A stretch of 64,000 nt of DNA from Anolis carolinensis (lineage: Eukaryota). The notes below the pieces were generated by a model. The model was not told the origin of the DNA. It saw only the letters and a program-made list of their open reading frames with translations, and searched no databases. Every line of letters begins with the position of its first letter. Position 1 is the stretch's first letter. The translations under genes and the position numbers were made by a program. Shown here piece after piece: positions 18,312-43,880 of the stretch. Location of the stretch: the NCBI RefSeq assembly GCF_035594765.1, contig NW_026943823.1, positions 1,240,001 through 1,304,000 on the forward strand, read 5' to 3'.

Positions 18312-18606
18312 GGAGTCCCCATGGCGCAGTGGATTAAACCCTTGTGCCAGCAGGACTGCTGACTTGAAGGCTGGATTGCTGTCCTGAAGGTTACCGGTTC
18401 GAATCCAGCCTGGGGAGAGCACAGATGAGCTCCCTCTGTCAGCTCCAGCTCCATGTGCGGACATGAGAGAAGCCTCCCACAAGGATGGCAAAAACATCAA
18501 AACATCCAGGCAACGTCCCCTGGGCAACGTCCTTGCAGACAGCCAATTCTCTCACACCAGTATCAGCTTGCGGTTTCTCAAGTCGCTCCTGACGCGGGAA
18601 AAAAAA
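18312..18606 (+). mobile_element. tRNA-derived SINE (Anolis SINE2-like)
   Basis: A box TGGCGCAGTGG, B box GTTCGAATC, A tail; homologous copies at 32136 and 43881. Confidence 0.8.
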
Positions 18607-18667
18607 TTATATTATTATATAATATAAATATATATTATATATTATTTTTTTAAACTATAAATGGATA

Positions 18668-18901
18668 TCTACACCTCCAAGGTCATGTAGCCACAGGCAT
18701 GACTGCATGGAGCGGCATAAACTTCCCGCCGGAGCGGTACCTATTGATCTACTCACATCTGAATGTTTTCAAACTGCTAGGTTGGCAGAAGCTGGGGCTG
18801 ACAGAAGGAGCTCACCCCATTCCATGGATTCGAACCGCCCACCCTTCGGTCAGCAAGTTCAGCAGTTTCGCGGTTTAATCTGCTGCGCCACAGGGGACTC
18901 C
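18668..18901 (-). mobile_element. Sauria SINE, 3'-truncated
   Basis: tRNA head plus body like CTTCTGCCAACCTAGCAGTT...GTGAGTAGATCAATAGGTACCGCT. Confidence 0.8.
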
Positions 18902-18917
18902 TAATATTCATATACAT

Positions 18918-18965
<48 letters not shown>

Positions 18966-19379
18966 GTGCTTGTACTTAATAATAAATAATACCAAATAAT
19001 AAATTTAATATTCTGGTCTTTAGATGGTTTTTAAATTGAATTTGAAATTTTGATTAAATTTACTTAAATTCAAATCAAATTAAATTATTACCTGTAAATG
19101 CAAGCTCTAGTAGGTAGAGATCCGTATCTTTTCCTTATTCTATATTATTATGTAGCCTGTGGGTGCATCCACACTGTGGAATTAACGCAGTTTAGTACCG
19201 CTTTAGTACCCTGGGATGTGCACTTTTGCAAGGACTTAGATGCAAAAGAAGACCAAGCTCATTGTCCCATGCAAGGCCTTCCCTAAGCATGGATTTCTTA
19301 ATTGGACTGCCACTCCCAGAAGCCTCGGCTGCCGGGAACAATGGTGGAGAATTCTGGGAGTTGGAGTCCGAAAGACTGG

Positions 19380-19616
19380 AATGAGCGGAAGACAGGGCCT
19401 GCGTGCGCGACGTGACGGCGGCTCCTTTCCAAGGTCACGCCCACCCCGTGACGTAAGAAAACTGCCTCTCGGGAGCCAATCACGCGGCGGCGTGGAAGCC
19501 GGGCGGCCAATGAGCAACGAGGAGGCGGGGCTAAGTCTGAGGGGACGTTATTTCTGCCTTTACCGTCGCCGCTGCCGGTTGCTTTCTCGGAGGAGCTTCG
19601 TTGCCGGCCTCCCAAG
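19380..19616 (+). promoter_or_regulatory. PGK1: PGK1 CpG-island promoter/5'UTR with HRE cores, ERR/SF1-type site, CRE-like site, two CCAAT boxes and GC boxes
   Basis: GCGTG 19401, ACGTG 19410, CCAAGGTCA 19429, TGACGTAA 19449, CCAAT 19476 and 19507, GGGCGG 19501; no TATA box. Confidence 0.75.
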
Positions 19617-33492
<13,876 letters not shown>

Positions 33493-33879
33493 CCGAGCAA
33501 GACGCGGCTGCAGGTAGACCTTCCTCCCTTCCTCCCTCGCTCTCTCTCTCTTCCCGTTCACCTTCAAGCAGCCGCTGCAGCGCTTTCCTCCCTTTAGGAG
33601 CTGCCGGTTGTCACAAAATGCAAACCTGGAGGCCGAGGGAACGGCAAAGATGGCTCTGATTTGCTCACGGTTCACCCCCCAGAACTACCGTCGTGTCCAA
33701 TCTTCCCTGTGATTCCAGAGTGTATATATTGATATTCTCTGCCACCGGTTCCTCCCAAACCGGCTCCGCTGCATTCGGTGTTGTTAGTCGCTGCTCTTTG
33801 TCGATCACACGGTTCGCACACAGCACCCCGAGGGGGGAAGCGGCAGGTTTCATGGTGCCGACGCCAACGTTAGCTTCAA

Positions 33880-33885
33880 AATAAA
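33880..33885 (+). terminator. PGK1: Probable PGK1 polyadenylation signal AATAAA
   Basis: First AATAAA ~390 bp after the stop, followed by a GT/T-rich tract. Confidence 0.65.
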
Positions 33886-34024
33886 TGTTTAAAATTCGAA
33901 CCACTTGAGCTGTGCTTCTCTTCTTCTTCCATGAGGAATGTCTCTCTATGTGGCTGAAAGGGGATGGACTAGATGACACTCGGGGGTCCCCTTCCATATT
34001 ACACTAGGTAGCACTATGATTTTT

Positions 34025-35125
34025 GGGTTGCTGTGAGTTTTCCGGGCTGTCTGGCCATGTTCTAACAGCATTCTCTCCTGACGTTTTGCCCACATTTATG
34101 GCAGGCATCCTCAGAGGTTGCGAGCTCTGTTGGAAACTGGACAGATTGGGTTTATATATGTATCTGTGGGATAATGTCCAGGGTGGGCGAGTGTGACTGA
34201 TGCAATTAATCACCTTGATTATTTGTTATTTATTATATAAATGTTGCTAATACGACATTTATATCCCGCCCTTCTCATCCCGAAGGAGACTCAGGGCAGC
34301 TTACAAGTTATTATCATATCATTAGCATAGCACAATAATAAGCATTATATATTACTGTATTGTACTATACCACTATATTGCAATGTTATTAGTAATATTA
34401 CATGTAATATAAATATATAATTATAATAGTGTATTATTATTATTATATTGTATTACATTATAATATTATTATCAGTATTATATGTATATACAATATATCA
34501 TTATTAGCACAGCACAATATATGCATTATATATTACTGTATTGTACTATACCACTATATTGCAATGTTATTAGTAATATTACATGTAATATAAATATACA
34601 ATTATAATAGTGTATTATTATTATTGTATTACATTATAATATTATCAGTATTATATGTATATACAATATATCATATTATTAGCACAGCACAATAATAAGC
34701 ATTATATATTACTATATTGTACTATACCACTATATTGCAATATTGTTAGTAATATTACATGTAATATAAATATATAATTATAATAGTTTATTATTATATT
34801 GTATTACATTATAATATTATCAATATCATATGTATATACAATATATTATTAGTATAGCATCATATGAATATTATATATTGTTATATTGACACAGGAGACA
34901 TGGTTTATATTAGTATTAGTATTAATTGATTTAATATTTAATTAAATTAATATTTAATATTGATTTAATATTAATTTAAATTAGTATTGATTAGTATTCA
35001 ATTGCCTTGCAGCTTCAGAGGCTGGCTGCTTCCTGCCTGGGGGAATCCTGTGTTGGGAGGCGTGAGCTGGCCGTGATTGTTTCATGCCTGGAATTCCCCT
35101 GTTTTCAGAGTGTTGTTCTTTATTT
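34025..35125. mobile_element. Penelope-like fragment split by an L2-type tail with a triplicated ~180-bp AT-rich unit
   Basis: Penelope-like sequence at 34025-34220 resumes at ~34990-35125; the AT unit starts at ~34320, 34503 and 34678. Confidence 0.6.
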
Positions 35126-35305
35126 AGTGTCAAAGGATTCCCCCAGGATTCACACACAGTTCTTGCTCAACTTTATTTTTTATATATATAAGCAATTCAA
35201 TGGCAAACAAATGGCTCCGGATACAGAAAGGGGCGAAATATGCAAGTTACGGCAACGCTTCGGGCTTTGGTTCATCTCCGCGGAGGGTGTTTGGGTGGCA
35301 TCTCT

Positions 35306-35606
35306 TCACTGCACATTGTGTCGTTTGGCTTGTGCCGGATCCCAGTCCCCAAACAAAGAGGGCGAACATGGTTCCTTTGCACAGCAGGAAAGGACGGAGA
35401 GCGGGGCCCGGTCGGGCGGAGGGACTGGCTGGGCGGCCGGAGAACGGGCTCTGGCTGGACGATGCTGCCGCGCAGGGAGAGCAGAGGGTTTGGTTTCAGC
35501 TGCGAAAGGATCCGCAAGGGCTGTGGGAAGAGGGTCCGCCGCAGGTCCAGGCGCCTTCACCAGGACGGAGGCCGTGGCCACAAAGGGGCTCAAGGGGCCA
35601 AGGAAC
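35306..35606 (-). CDS. ARX-like exon 5 (terminal)
   Basis: acgcag|[18 protein letters not shown]...ALADPFAAE...AKEPC...NVQ*; minus-strand AATAAA at 35172-35177. Confidence 0.8.
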
Positions 35607-36176
35607 CTGCGTGCGCAAGGGACGGGAATGACTTTGGGGGCAACCAGCACGGGCCTGGGCAAACTCCGGCCCTCCCGCCAGGTGTTTCGGACTCCCGACT
35701 CCTGCAATTCCTCACAACCTCGGACCTTTTCATTTTCCCCCTCAGCTGCTTAAGCGACTGAGGAGGCCACTTTACCCAGCAACGGCCAAAACCGCGACTC
35801 TCAGGGCCACTTCACCCAGCAACAACCAAAACCCAGTGACTCACAGGGCCACTTCACCCAGCAATGGCCAGCCATTCACTTCACCTAGCAACAGCTAAAA
35901 CCAGTGACTCACAGGGCCACTTCACCTAGCGGCAACAGCCAGTTCTTCACCTAGTAACAGGCAAACCAACAACTTAGAGGGCCACTTCACCCAGCAACAA
36001 CCAAAACCCAGTGACTAACAGCCACTTCACCCAGCAATGGCCAGTCTGTTCAGCAGCAGGCAAACCAGTGAGTCACAGAAAGACACTTCACTTAGAAACT
36101 GACAGTCCTTCACCTGGCATCAGCCAAACCAGTCACTTTCGAGGGCCACTTCACCCAGGAACGGCCAGTCCTTCAC

Positions 36177-36235
<59 letters not shown>

Positions 36236-36325
36236 AGTATGACACAGCAAACAAGATAGATATGCTGGATTTCATATCACAAAATCACAAGTCGAACACT
36301 TCCCAAGTGTCTAGGACTGTGTGAT

Positions 36326-36369
<44 letters not shown>

Positions 36370-36458
36370 TATGACACAGCAAACAAGATAGACATGCTGG
36401 ATTTCATATCACAAAATCACAAGTCGAACACTTCCCAAGTGTTTAGGACTGTGTGATG

Positions 36459-36502
<44 letters not shown>

Positions 36503-38381
36503 TATGACACAGCAAACAAGATAGACATGCTGGATTTCTTATCACAAAATCACAAGTCGAACACTTCCCAAGTGTCTAGGACTGTGTGATGTATTTTTGG
36601 ATGATGCGTGCAGATCCCAGTAGGGTGGCCTTTTGCAGTTGGCAGATCGTAATTTTGTCAGTCTATTGCTTCCAAATGCCGGCTGAGATTATTATTATTA
36701 TTATTTTTATTATTATTATTACTACCCCACTTTATCTCTCCCAATGGGGACTCAAAGTGGCTAGCCACATCCAAACCAGTGACTCACAGAGGGCCACTTC
36801 ACCCTCGGGCCCCCCCCCCCCTGCTCACCTTCCCAGCGGAGGGGGTCCGAGGAGGGGGCCGCGGAAGAAGGACATCATCCAGGCGAAGCTGCCGAGGCCG
36901 AACGGCAGGGCCACGGCTGGGGGTCCGAAGGCAGGTGCCGCTGGGGAGACGGGCAGGGCCCTCCAGGCCGGGCTGGGGGAGACCTCGTCCAGGTAGAGGC
37001 CCCCCACCAGCCCCGCCTTCTCCTGCTTCCGCCACTTGGCCCGCCGGTTCTGGAACCAAACCTTCCCGAAACAGAGAGAGAGGAGGTTCAGTAGTCACAA
37101 CAACCACCGCCTGCGGAAAACACAGCCTCTTCTCTCCTGATTCCACAGAGTTCGATTCTCTATCACACTCAAGGTAAGGACTGCACAATTAAACAGGAGC
37201 AACACTTTCAAACCAAGAACAGTATTTTCCAAATTTTGTTCCATACTGTAACTTCTAGATTTGCCTTCGGGTCGACTCGCCATAATTGGAAGCACCTTAA
37301 AGGCACCCAACAGCCCTTGCTGGCTTGTACGAAAGCCCTTCAATTGACTAAACCCATTTATATATCCTCTACAAAGATGACCAAAGATACAAAAGATAAT
37401 CCGAAATAGGAGCAATTTCTTACCTGAACTCGGGCTTCTGTGAGGTCCAGACGCATGGCCAGTTCCTCCCTGAAATCAGACATCCAAATAGGTTTCCAAT
37501 GCTGGAAATTTTGAAGGTGTTGTTGATTATGATTATTTATTCTATGCACATGGGACTTTTCTGGCTGCAAAAGGACACATCTCTGCCGCTAAAGAGCCTC
37601 TGATCTAAAATTGGACATATTGCTAGCTGCTACATTTGCTAAAACGGATACGAGGAGAAGCAACACGTGTTGGAAACATAAAGGGGAAGAAGGGACTGCA
37701 TTTACTGTAAAAAAGACAGAATTCTAGGACACGGTGCCAAAACACATTGCAATAATTTTCCGATCCAAGGTAGAATTGCAGTCTGCATTATTGCTACTGG
37801 GGATGTCAAATAAACAGAAAATCACAAAATGACAAAATGACAGCACAGGCATTATATGCACAACTTTGAGAAAAGGTAGGCCTCCTGAACACAAGAAGAA
37901 TGGGTTGGGAAAGTTTTTTAAAACAGCAGAAATAGACAAATTAGCCATGAGGAAAAAAAACATAACCAAGATAAGGTGGATTATATGGCGGTGTAAACTC
38001 ATATAATCCAGTTCGGAGCAGATAATGTGGATTATATGATGGTGTAAACTCATATATACATCACAGAGTCCTAGACACTTGGGAAGTGTTCGACTTGTGA
38101 TTGTGTGATACGAAATCCAGCATATCTATCTTGTTTGCTGTGTCATAATAAAATAATAATAATAATAATAATACATCACAGAGTCCTAGACACTTGGGAA
38201 GTGTTCGACTTGTGATTGTGTGATACGAAATCCAGCATATCTATCTTGTTTGCTGTGTCATAATAAAATAATAATAATAATAATAATACATCACAGAGTC
38301 CTAGACACTTGGGAAGTGTTCGACTTGTGATTGTGTGATACGAAATCCAGCATATCTATCTTGTTTGCTGTGTCATAATAA

Positions 38382-38440
<59 letters not shown>

Positions 38441-38529
38441 ATCACACAGTCCTAGACACTTGGGAAGTGTTCGACTTGTGATTTTGTGATACGAAATCCA
38501 GCATATCTATCTTGTTTGCTGTGTCATAC

Positions 38530-38564
<35 letters not shown>

Positions 38565-41298
38565 ATCACACAGTCCTAGACACTGGGGAAGTGTTCGACT
38601 TGTGATTTTGTGATACGAAATCCAGCATATCTATCTTGTTTGCTGTGTCATACAATAATAATAATAATAATAATAATACTTTATTTATATCCTGCCACCA
38701 TCTCCCTGCAGGGACTCAGTGTGGCTCACATGGAGCAAAGCCCGATCAGCATAGTTTACAAAAACAACAGCATAAATACATTACACAATATCCAAAAGAT
38801 GGAACACAATATGGTAATAGAACAAGAGTGATACAGACCCATATACAGTAGAGTCTCACTTATCCAACACTCGCTTATCCAATGTTCTGGATTATCCAAC
38901 GCATTTTTGTAGTCAATGTTTCCAATACATCGTGATATTTTGGTGCTAAATTCGTAAATACAGTAATTGCTACTCAGCATTACTGCATATTGAACTACTG
39001 TTGCTATCAAATTTGTTGTTAAACATGATGTTTTGGTGCTTCATTTGTAAAATCATAACCTAATTTGATGTTTAATAGGCTTTTCCTTAATCCCTCTTAT
39101 TATCCAACATATTCATTTATCCAACGTTCTGCTGGCCCGTTTATGTTGGATAAGTGAGACTCTACTGTAATCCCATTCAAAGCAGATCATGTAGAATATA
39201 TGGTGGTGTAGATTCATATAATCCTATTCAAAGCAGATAATATGGATCATATAACCCAGATCAAAGACGGGGAGCTCACCTGGCGAAGACGTCCGGATAG
39301 TGGGTGGTGCGGAAGGCGCTCTCCAAGTCCTGCAGCTGGGAGTCGCTGAAGGCGGTGCGGGAGCGGCGCTGGGGCCTCTTCCTCTTGGCCGGGCCTTTGC
39401 GGGCGGCGCTCTCGCCCCGGGCTTCCTCCTCTCCCCCTTTCTCTGCTTTGGGCTCCTTCACGCACAAGGGCGCTTTGGGGAGCCATAGGGAGCGCATCCC
39501 GCCTTGAAGGGAGAAGAGAAAAGCCCTGGCCGGTCGGAGAAGCAATGCCGCTTGGGACCTCCCCAAACTACAACTCCCAAACCTCTATGGCAGCCATGGG
39601 CAAACTTTGGCGAGAGCAGAAATCTTGGGGAAGTCGGGTTCAGCACCTTGGACAGCTACTTTGAAATTTAGAGCCAAACTCAAAGTGGAATACAGTAGAG
39701 TCTCACTTATCCAACATAAACGGGCCGGTAGAATGTTGGATAAGTGAATATGTTGTTTAATAAGGAGAGATTAAGAAAAAAACCTATTAAACATCAAAAT
39801 AGGTTATGATTATACAAATTAAGCACCAAAACATAATGTTATACAACAAATTTGACAGAAAAAGTAGTTCATTATACATTAATCCTATGTAGTAATTACT
39901 GTATTTACGAATTTAGCATCAAAATATCATGATATATTGAAAACATTGACTACAAAAATGCGTTGGATAATCCAGAACGTTGGATAAGTGAGTGTTGGAT
40001 AAGTGAGACTCTACTGTACATCCATCACAAGCAATCACTGTTGAAAACTGGAAATTCTGTTTCAATTGTCTGTATTTCCTTGCTTTACAAGAGATAAAAC
40101 TGCACTGGCAATTGGAGAGACAAGGCAGAGATTCCTATACTCTGAATTCTTATGCTATAAATCAGCCTTAAATGGAATACAGTAGAGTCTCACCTATCCA
40201 ACATAAACAGGCCGGCAGAACGTTGGATAAGTGAATATGTTGGATAATAAGGAGAGATTAAGGAAAAGCCTATTAAACATCAAATTAGGTTATGATTATA
40301 CAAATTAAGCACCAAAACATCAGGTTATACAACAAATTTGACAGAAAAAGTAGTTCAATGCGCAGTAATGCTATATAGTAATTACTGTATTTACAAATTT
40401 AGCACCAAAATATCACGATGTATTGAAAACATTGACTACAAAAATGCGTTGGATAAGCGAATGTTGGATAAGTGAGACTCTACTGTATTTAACTAAAGTA
40501 TCCATGACAGATGATGAAAGTTTATTATACTTTCATAAACTTTTTTCCCCTTCCCATGTTTTTAATGACAGAACCAATTAGGAAATAATAATGACACTTA
40601 TTCCGGTGACATAGTGTGATGCATTTTAAGTTTTGTCACACTCAGCACAAAGGAACAGGGAACACAATCCATAGTGCACCGTTATACACAACCCTAGCGC
40701 CTTGGACATTGTTTCCAGCAACTTCTGGAAACAATGACAAATTCTCCCAAACCCAGCATCAATTTGGAAGCAGAATCAAGCAGAAGTGATGGGATTGAAA
40801 TGATTCTTGGAAAAACCATGCTATTAAAAGAAAGCCAATGCCATAAGGGGAAAATGATGGGTGAAGAGCCACGGAGTCTGATTTATGGGGCCTGCGCATC
40901 CCTTGCCTTAAGTTATCATCTTTCTTTCCTTCATCATCTTTCCTGGTTCGCAAAATCCTTGGGGAGCCTTGAGAGGAGAAGAGAAGTGCTTACCGAGGCA
41001 GNNNNNNNNNNNNNNNNNNNNNNNNNNNNNNNNNNNNNNNNNNNNNNNNNNNNNNNNNNNNNNNNNNNNNNNNNNNNNNNNNNNNNNNNNNNNNNNNNNN
41101 NNNNNNNNNNNNNNNNNNNNNNNNNNNNNNNNNNNNNNNNNNNNNNNNNNNNNNNNNNNNNNNNNNNNNNNNNGGCAGCAGGGGGGCCTTGCTCTTGCTT
41201 TGGAGGGCGGGCAGAAGGAGGGAAGGCGGTGCCTCTCGACAGGGAACAAAGTACGGCACGGCTACTCTCCGGGCATCCAAATGAGAAGGCACAGCCAT
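35306..41298 (-). CDS. Divergent ARX-like paired-class (Q50) homeobox protein, 5 exons, ~368 aa; candidate ARX ohnolog / ESX1 pro-ortholog
   Basis: Join of 41298-40994 (contains gap), 39502-39280, 37469-37424, 37061-36829, 35606-35306, all GT-AG. Homeodomain [60 protein letters not shown]. The 46-bp middle exon and phases 1/2/0/2 are as in ARX. Confidence 0.88.
35770..36170. repeat. Diverged ~40-bp tandem repeat (GGCCACTTCACCCAGCAAC core) in ARX-like intron 4
   Basis: Core recurs about 10 times and resumes at ~36770 after the R4 tips. Confidence 0.75.
36241..36690 (-). mobile_element. Three tandem R4/Dong 3' tips separated by (ATT)n
   Basis: GACACAGCAAACAAGATAG...GTGTGATGTATT at 36241, 36373 and 36506. 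Confidence 0.85.
36829..37061 (-). CDS. ARX-like exon 4
   Basis: [18 protein letters not shown]...FGLGSFAW...PPPLGR; donor AG|GTGAGC. Confidence 0.92.
37424..37469 (-). CDS. ARX-like exon 3 (46 bp)
   Basis: tttcag|[16 protein letters not shown] |GTAAGA. Confidence 0.95.
38057..38652 (+). mobile_element. Five tandem R4/Dong 3' tips separated by (AAT)n
   Basis: TACATCAC...GCTGTGTCATA at 38057, 38172, 38287, 38438 and 38562. Confidence 0.85.
38846..39167. mobile_element. Tc1/mariner-type MITE
   Basis: TA-CAGTAGAGTCTCAC...GTGAGACTCTACTG-TA. Confidence 0.9.
39280..39502 (-). CDS. ARX-like exon 2 (NLS-like region and homeodomain helix 1)
   Basis: Acceptor cttctcccttcaag|GC; [13 protein letters not shown]...HYPDVFAR; donor AG|GTGAGC. 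Confidence 0.9.
39693..40016. mobile_element. Tc1/mariner-type MITE
   Basis: TIRs and TA target duplication. Confidence 0.9.
40180..40485. mobile_element. Tc1/mariner-type MITE
   Basis: TIRs and TA target duplication. Confidence 0.9.
40994..41298 (-). CDS. ARX-like putative exon 1 (interrupted by gap 41002-41173)
   Basis: CCCATGG start; MAVPSHLD...[10 protein letters not shown] runs into the gap (compare ARX KSKSPTLL); donor CTCG|GTAAGC. Confidence 0.65.
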
Positions 41299-41544
41299 GG
41301 GATGGAACAAGCCTGGTGTTTGCCCAGCCTTGGCTCTCCCAGGAAAAGAGACACCATGACAGCAGCCCTGGAGATGGCCACGGCTGCAAGGCCACTAAAC
41401 AAGGCATACATTTTGCACAGCAAAAACACTCTCAAGTCCATCATTGAAATGGTAGAAACACAATATAAATATTACCCCTTCAAATCCACCTTAATTGCCT
41501 TGGCTCAATGCTATGGAATTATGCGGGGTGTAGTTTGACAAGGG

Positions 41545-41865
41545 TGGCAGAAGCTGGGGCTAACAGTGGGTGCTCACTCCGTTCTCCGGATTCGAACCTG
41601 CGACCTTTCAGTGCGCAAGTTCAGCAGCTCAGCGCTTTGACACACTGCACCACCGGGGGGCCCAGCTTCAGCCAACCTAGCAGTTCGAAAACATGCCAAT
41701 GTGAGTAGATCAATAGGTACCGCTCCGGCGGGAAGGTAACAGTGCTCCATGCAACCATGCAAATGACCACATGACCTTGGAGGTGTCTAAGGACAACGCC
41801 AGCTCTTCGGCTTAGAAATGGAGATGAGCACCAACAGCCAGAGTCGGACTCGGATAGGCTTAACC
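41545..41865. mobile_element. Sauria SINE with inverted 5' segment
   Basis: 41545-41660 is the tRNA head on minus; 41661-41865 is the body on plus. Confidence 0.75.
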
Positions 41866-43421
41866 TGTACTCAGCAGCCGTGATTTTTGGGAAACAAGAA
41901 CAAAAATATTGGAAAAGAGCCAATACGGATTGAGGTAAACACGCAAACGTCTTTGGAATGGAGACCGCACGATTGTGAAGCAAAGCAGAAGTCTTGCCAG
42001 ACAGCTTGAATTACAAGTTTGGCTTGTAAGAAATACATTCAAGGGATGATCCGTGAATGGAAAGGAATATATTGCATTTGGAAAGCGTCCCCTCACAGCA
42101 AGAGGCTTTTGACTTTCACACGCCATTAAACCAAATAATGCCGGTTTTCGGGTTTCACTGGAGCCGATCCAGAGAGTGGCCCATCTCCAGACTGATTGCA
42201 AGCCGGAAAACAAAGGAGAAACGAGAGCACGTTGCAAAGAAGGACGATGTGCAATAATGGCCAAAAGGACAATAATAACAGAGGAAGAGGCAGATCTCGG
42301 GCTCTTTGCAATTAAAGAAGCTCGAAAAGTGGCCAAATGCATTTCAAGTAAAGCCCAGGAAGTCAAGTGTTGCTGGGACTTGTTATAAAATTATGCGGCC
42401 ATCACTGAGTAACTTGCTCCACGCCTTCTGTTGTCCTTGACTTTGGAGCTGGGAAGTCTTAGAATTGATAAGACAACGGCACATAAAACTAGAAATGACC
42501 TCCAAAAAGGATTTTACTTTCTGGAAATGATAATAATAATAATTGTCTTTTTCAACAGAATAATGTGCCAGTTTTTTGTAGCAATGGTTTTCCTTGAAAG
42601 TGAAAAACAAAGAAGCTGCTTTGTGCCAGAGCAACTCGAGAGTGCATTTAGAAGAGAGAGAAAAGTTCTGTAACCATACATGTTCCCCATTTTTATATAA
42701 TTTATAAAGAAAGATTAAAGCCATGATGAATATTGGCATCGAATTGTTGCCAATTTTGTACGCCGCCCTGAGTCCCTTCGGGTGAGAAGGGCGGGATAAA
42801 AATATTGGAAATAAATAAATAAATAATAATAATAAAACTTTATTTATATACCGCCCTATCTCCCGGATGGGACTCAGGGCGGTTTACAGTCATAAAAGCA
42901 AACACAAACATTACATAACAACATAATACACATTATTAAAAAAGTAAAACAATACAATTATAACAATAAATCACACTTACATGACCAGATCAAATGATCC
43001 CAGAAAGTATCTGGGAAGCCACGAGAATTCAGTGGTTTGAGTTTAGGAATGGAATGGGAGATAGGGCAGAATACAAATAAATTATTATTATTATTATCAT
43101 CATCATCATCATGTTCAGTTTCCAAGGAAGACAAAGGCAAATCCCCTTCGGAACAGATCCCGCCAAGAAAACTTCACAACAGGTTGACTTTTGGGTCACA
43201 ATATAGTTCAGAGATGTATAGTGTATATGTTCGGAAATGTATAGTCAATATAGTTCAGAACTATAACTAGGATGAATGTCGGGGATGTTAACGGGACACT
43301 TGAGAGCAGTTTTCATCTCAAGAAACTCTGGGGCGCAAGGCTCCCTGAAGACAGGACTCTGCGCTGCATTGCAGAGTTGGGTTGCTGTCCAAAGTGCTGA
43401 AACTGTTCTATTATGTTTGTA

Positions 43422-43744
43422 CAGTAGAGTCTCACTTATCCAACATAAACGGGCCGGCAGAACGTTGGATAAGCGAATATGTTGAATAATAAGAAGGGAT
43501 TAAGGAAAAGCCTATTACACATCAAATGAGGTTATGATTTTACAAATTAAGCACCAAAACATCATGTTATACAACAAATTTGACAGAAAAGGTAGTTCAA
43601 TACGCAGTAATGCTATGTAGTAATTACTGTATTTACAAATTTAGCACCAAAATATCATGATGTATTGAAAACATTGATTACAAAAATGCGTTGGATAATC
43701 CAGAATGTTGGATAAGCTAGTGTTGGATAAGTGAGACTCTACTG
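43422..43744. mobile_element. Tc1/mariner-type MITE
   Basis: TIRs and TA target duplication. Confidence 0.9.
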
Positions 43745-43843
43745 TATTTGTTGTTGTATTGAGGCACTGAATGTTTGCCTTTTCAGCTTGTTGGAATCTG
43801 CCGAGTTCCTTTTGGAAGACAGGGCAGAATATAAATAAAATTG

Positions 43844-43874
<31 letters not shown>

Positions 43875-43880
43875 TAATAT

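Noticed and set aside
35007-35761. Plus-strand ORFs of 143-248 aa
   Set aside because: Antisense shadows of the GC-rich terminal homeobox exon plus repeat fragments
35306-41298. Naming the homeobox gene ARX, PHOX2 or ESX1 outright
   Set aside because: Too divergent and wrong neighbours for ARX; ESX1 orthology rests on recalled synteny and needs phylogeny, so no symbol was given
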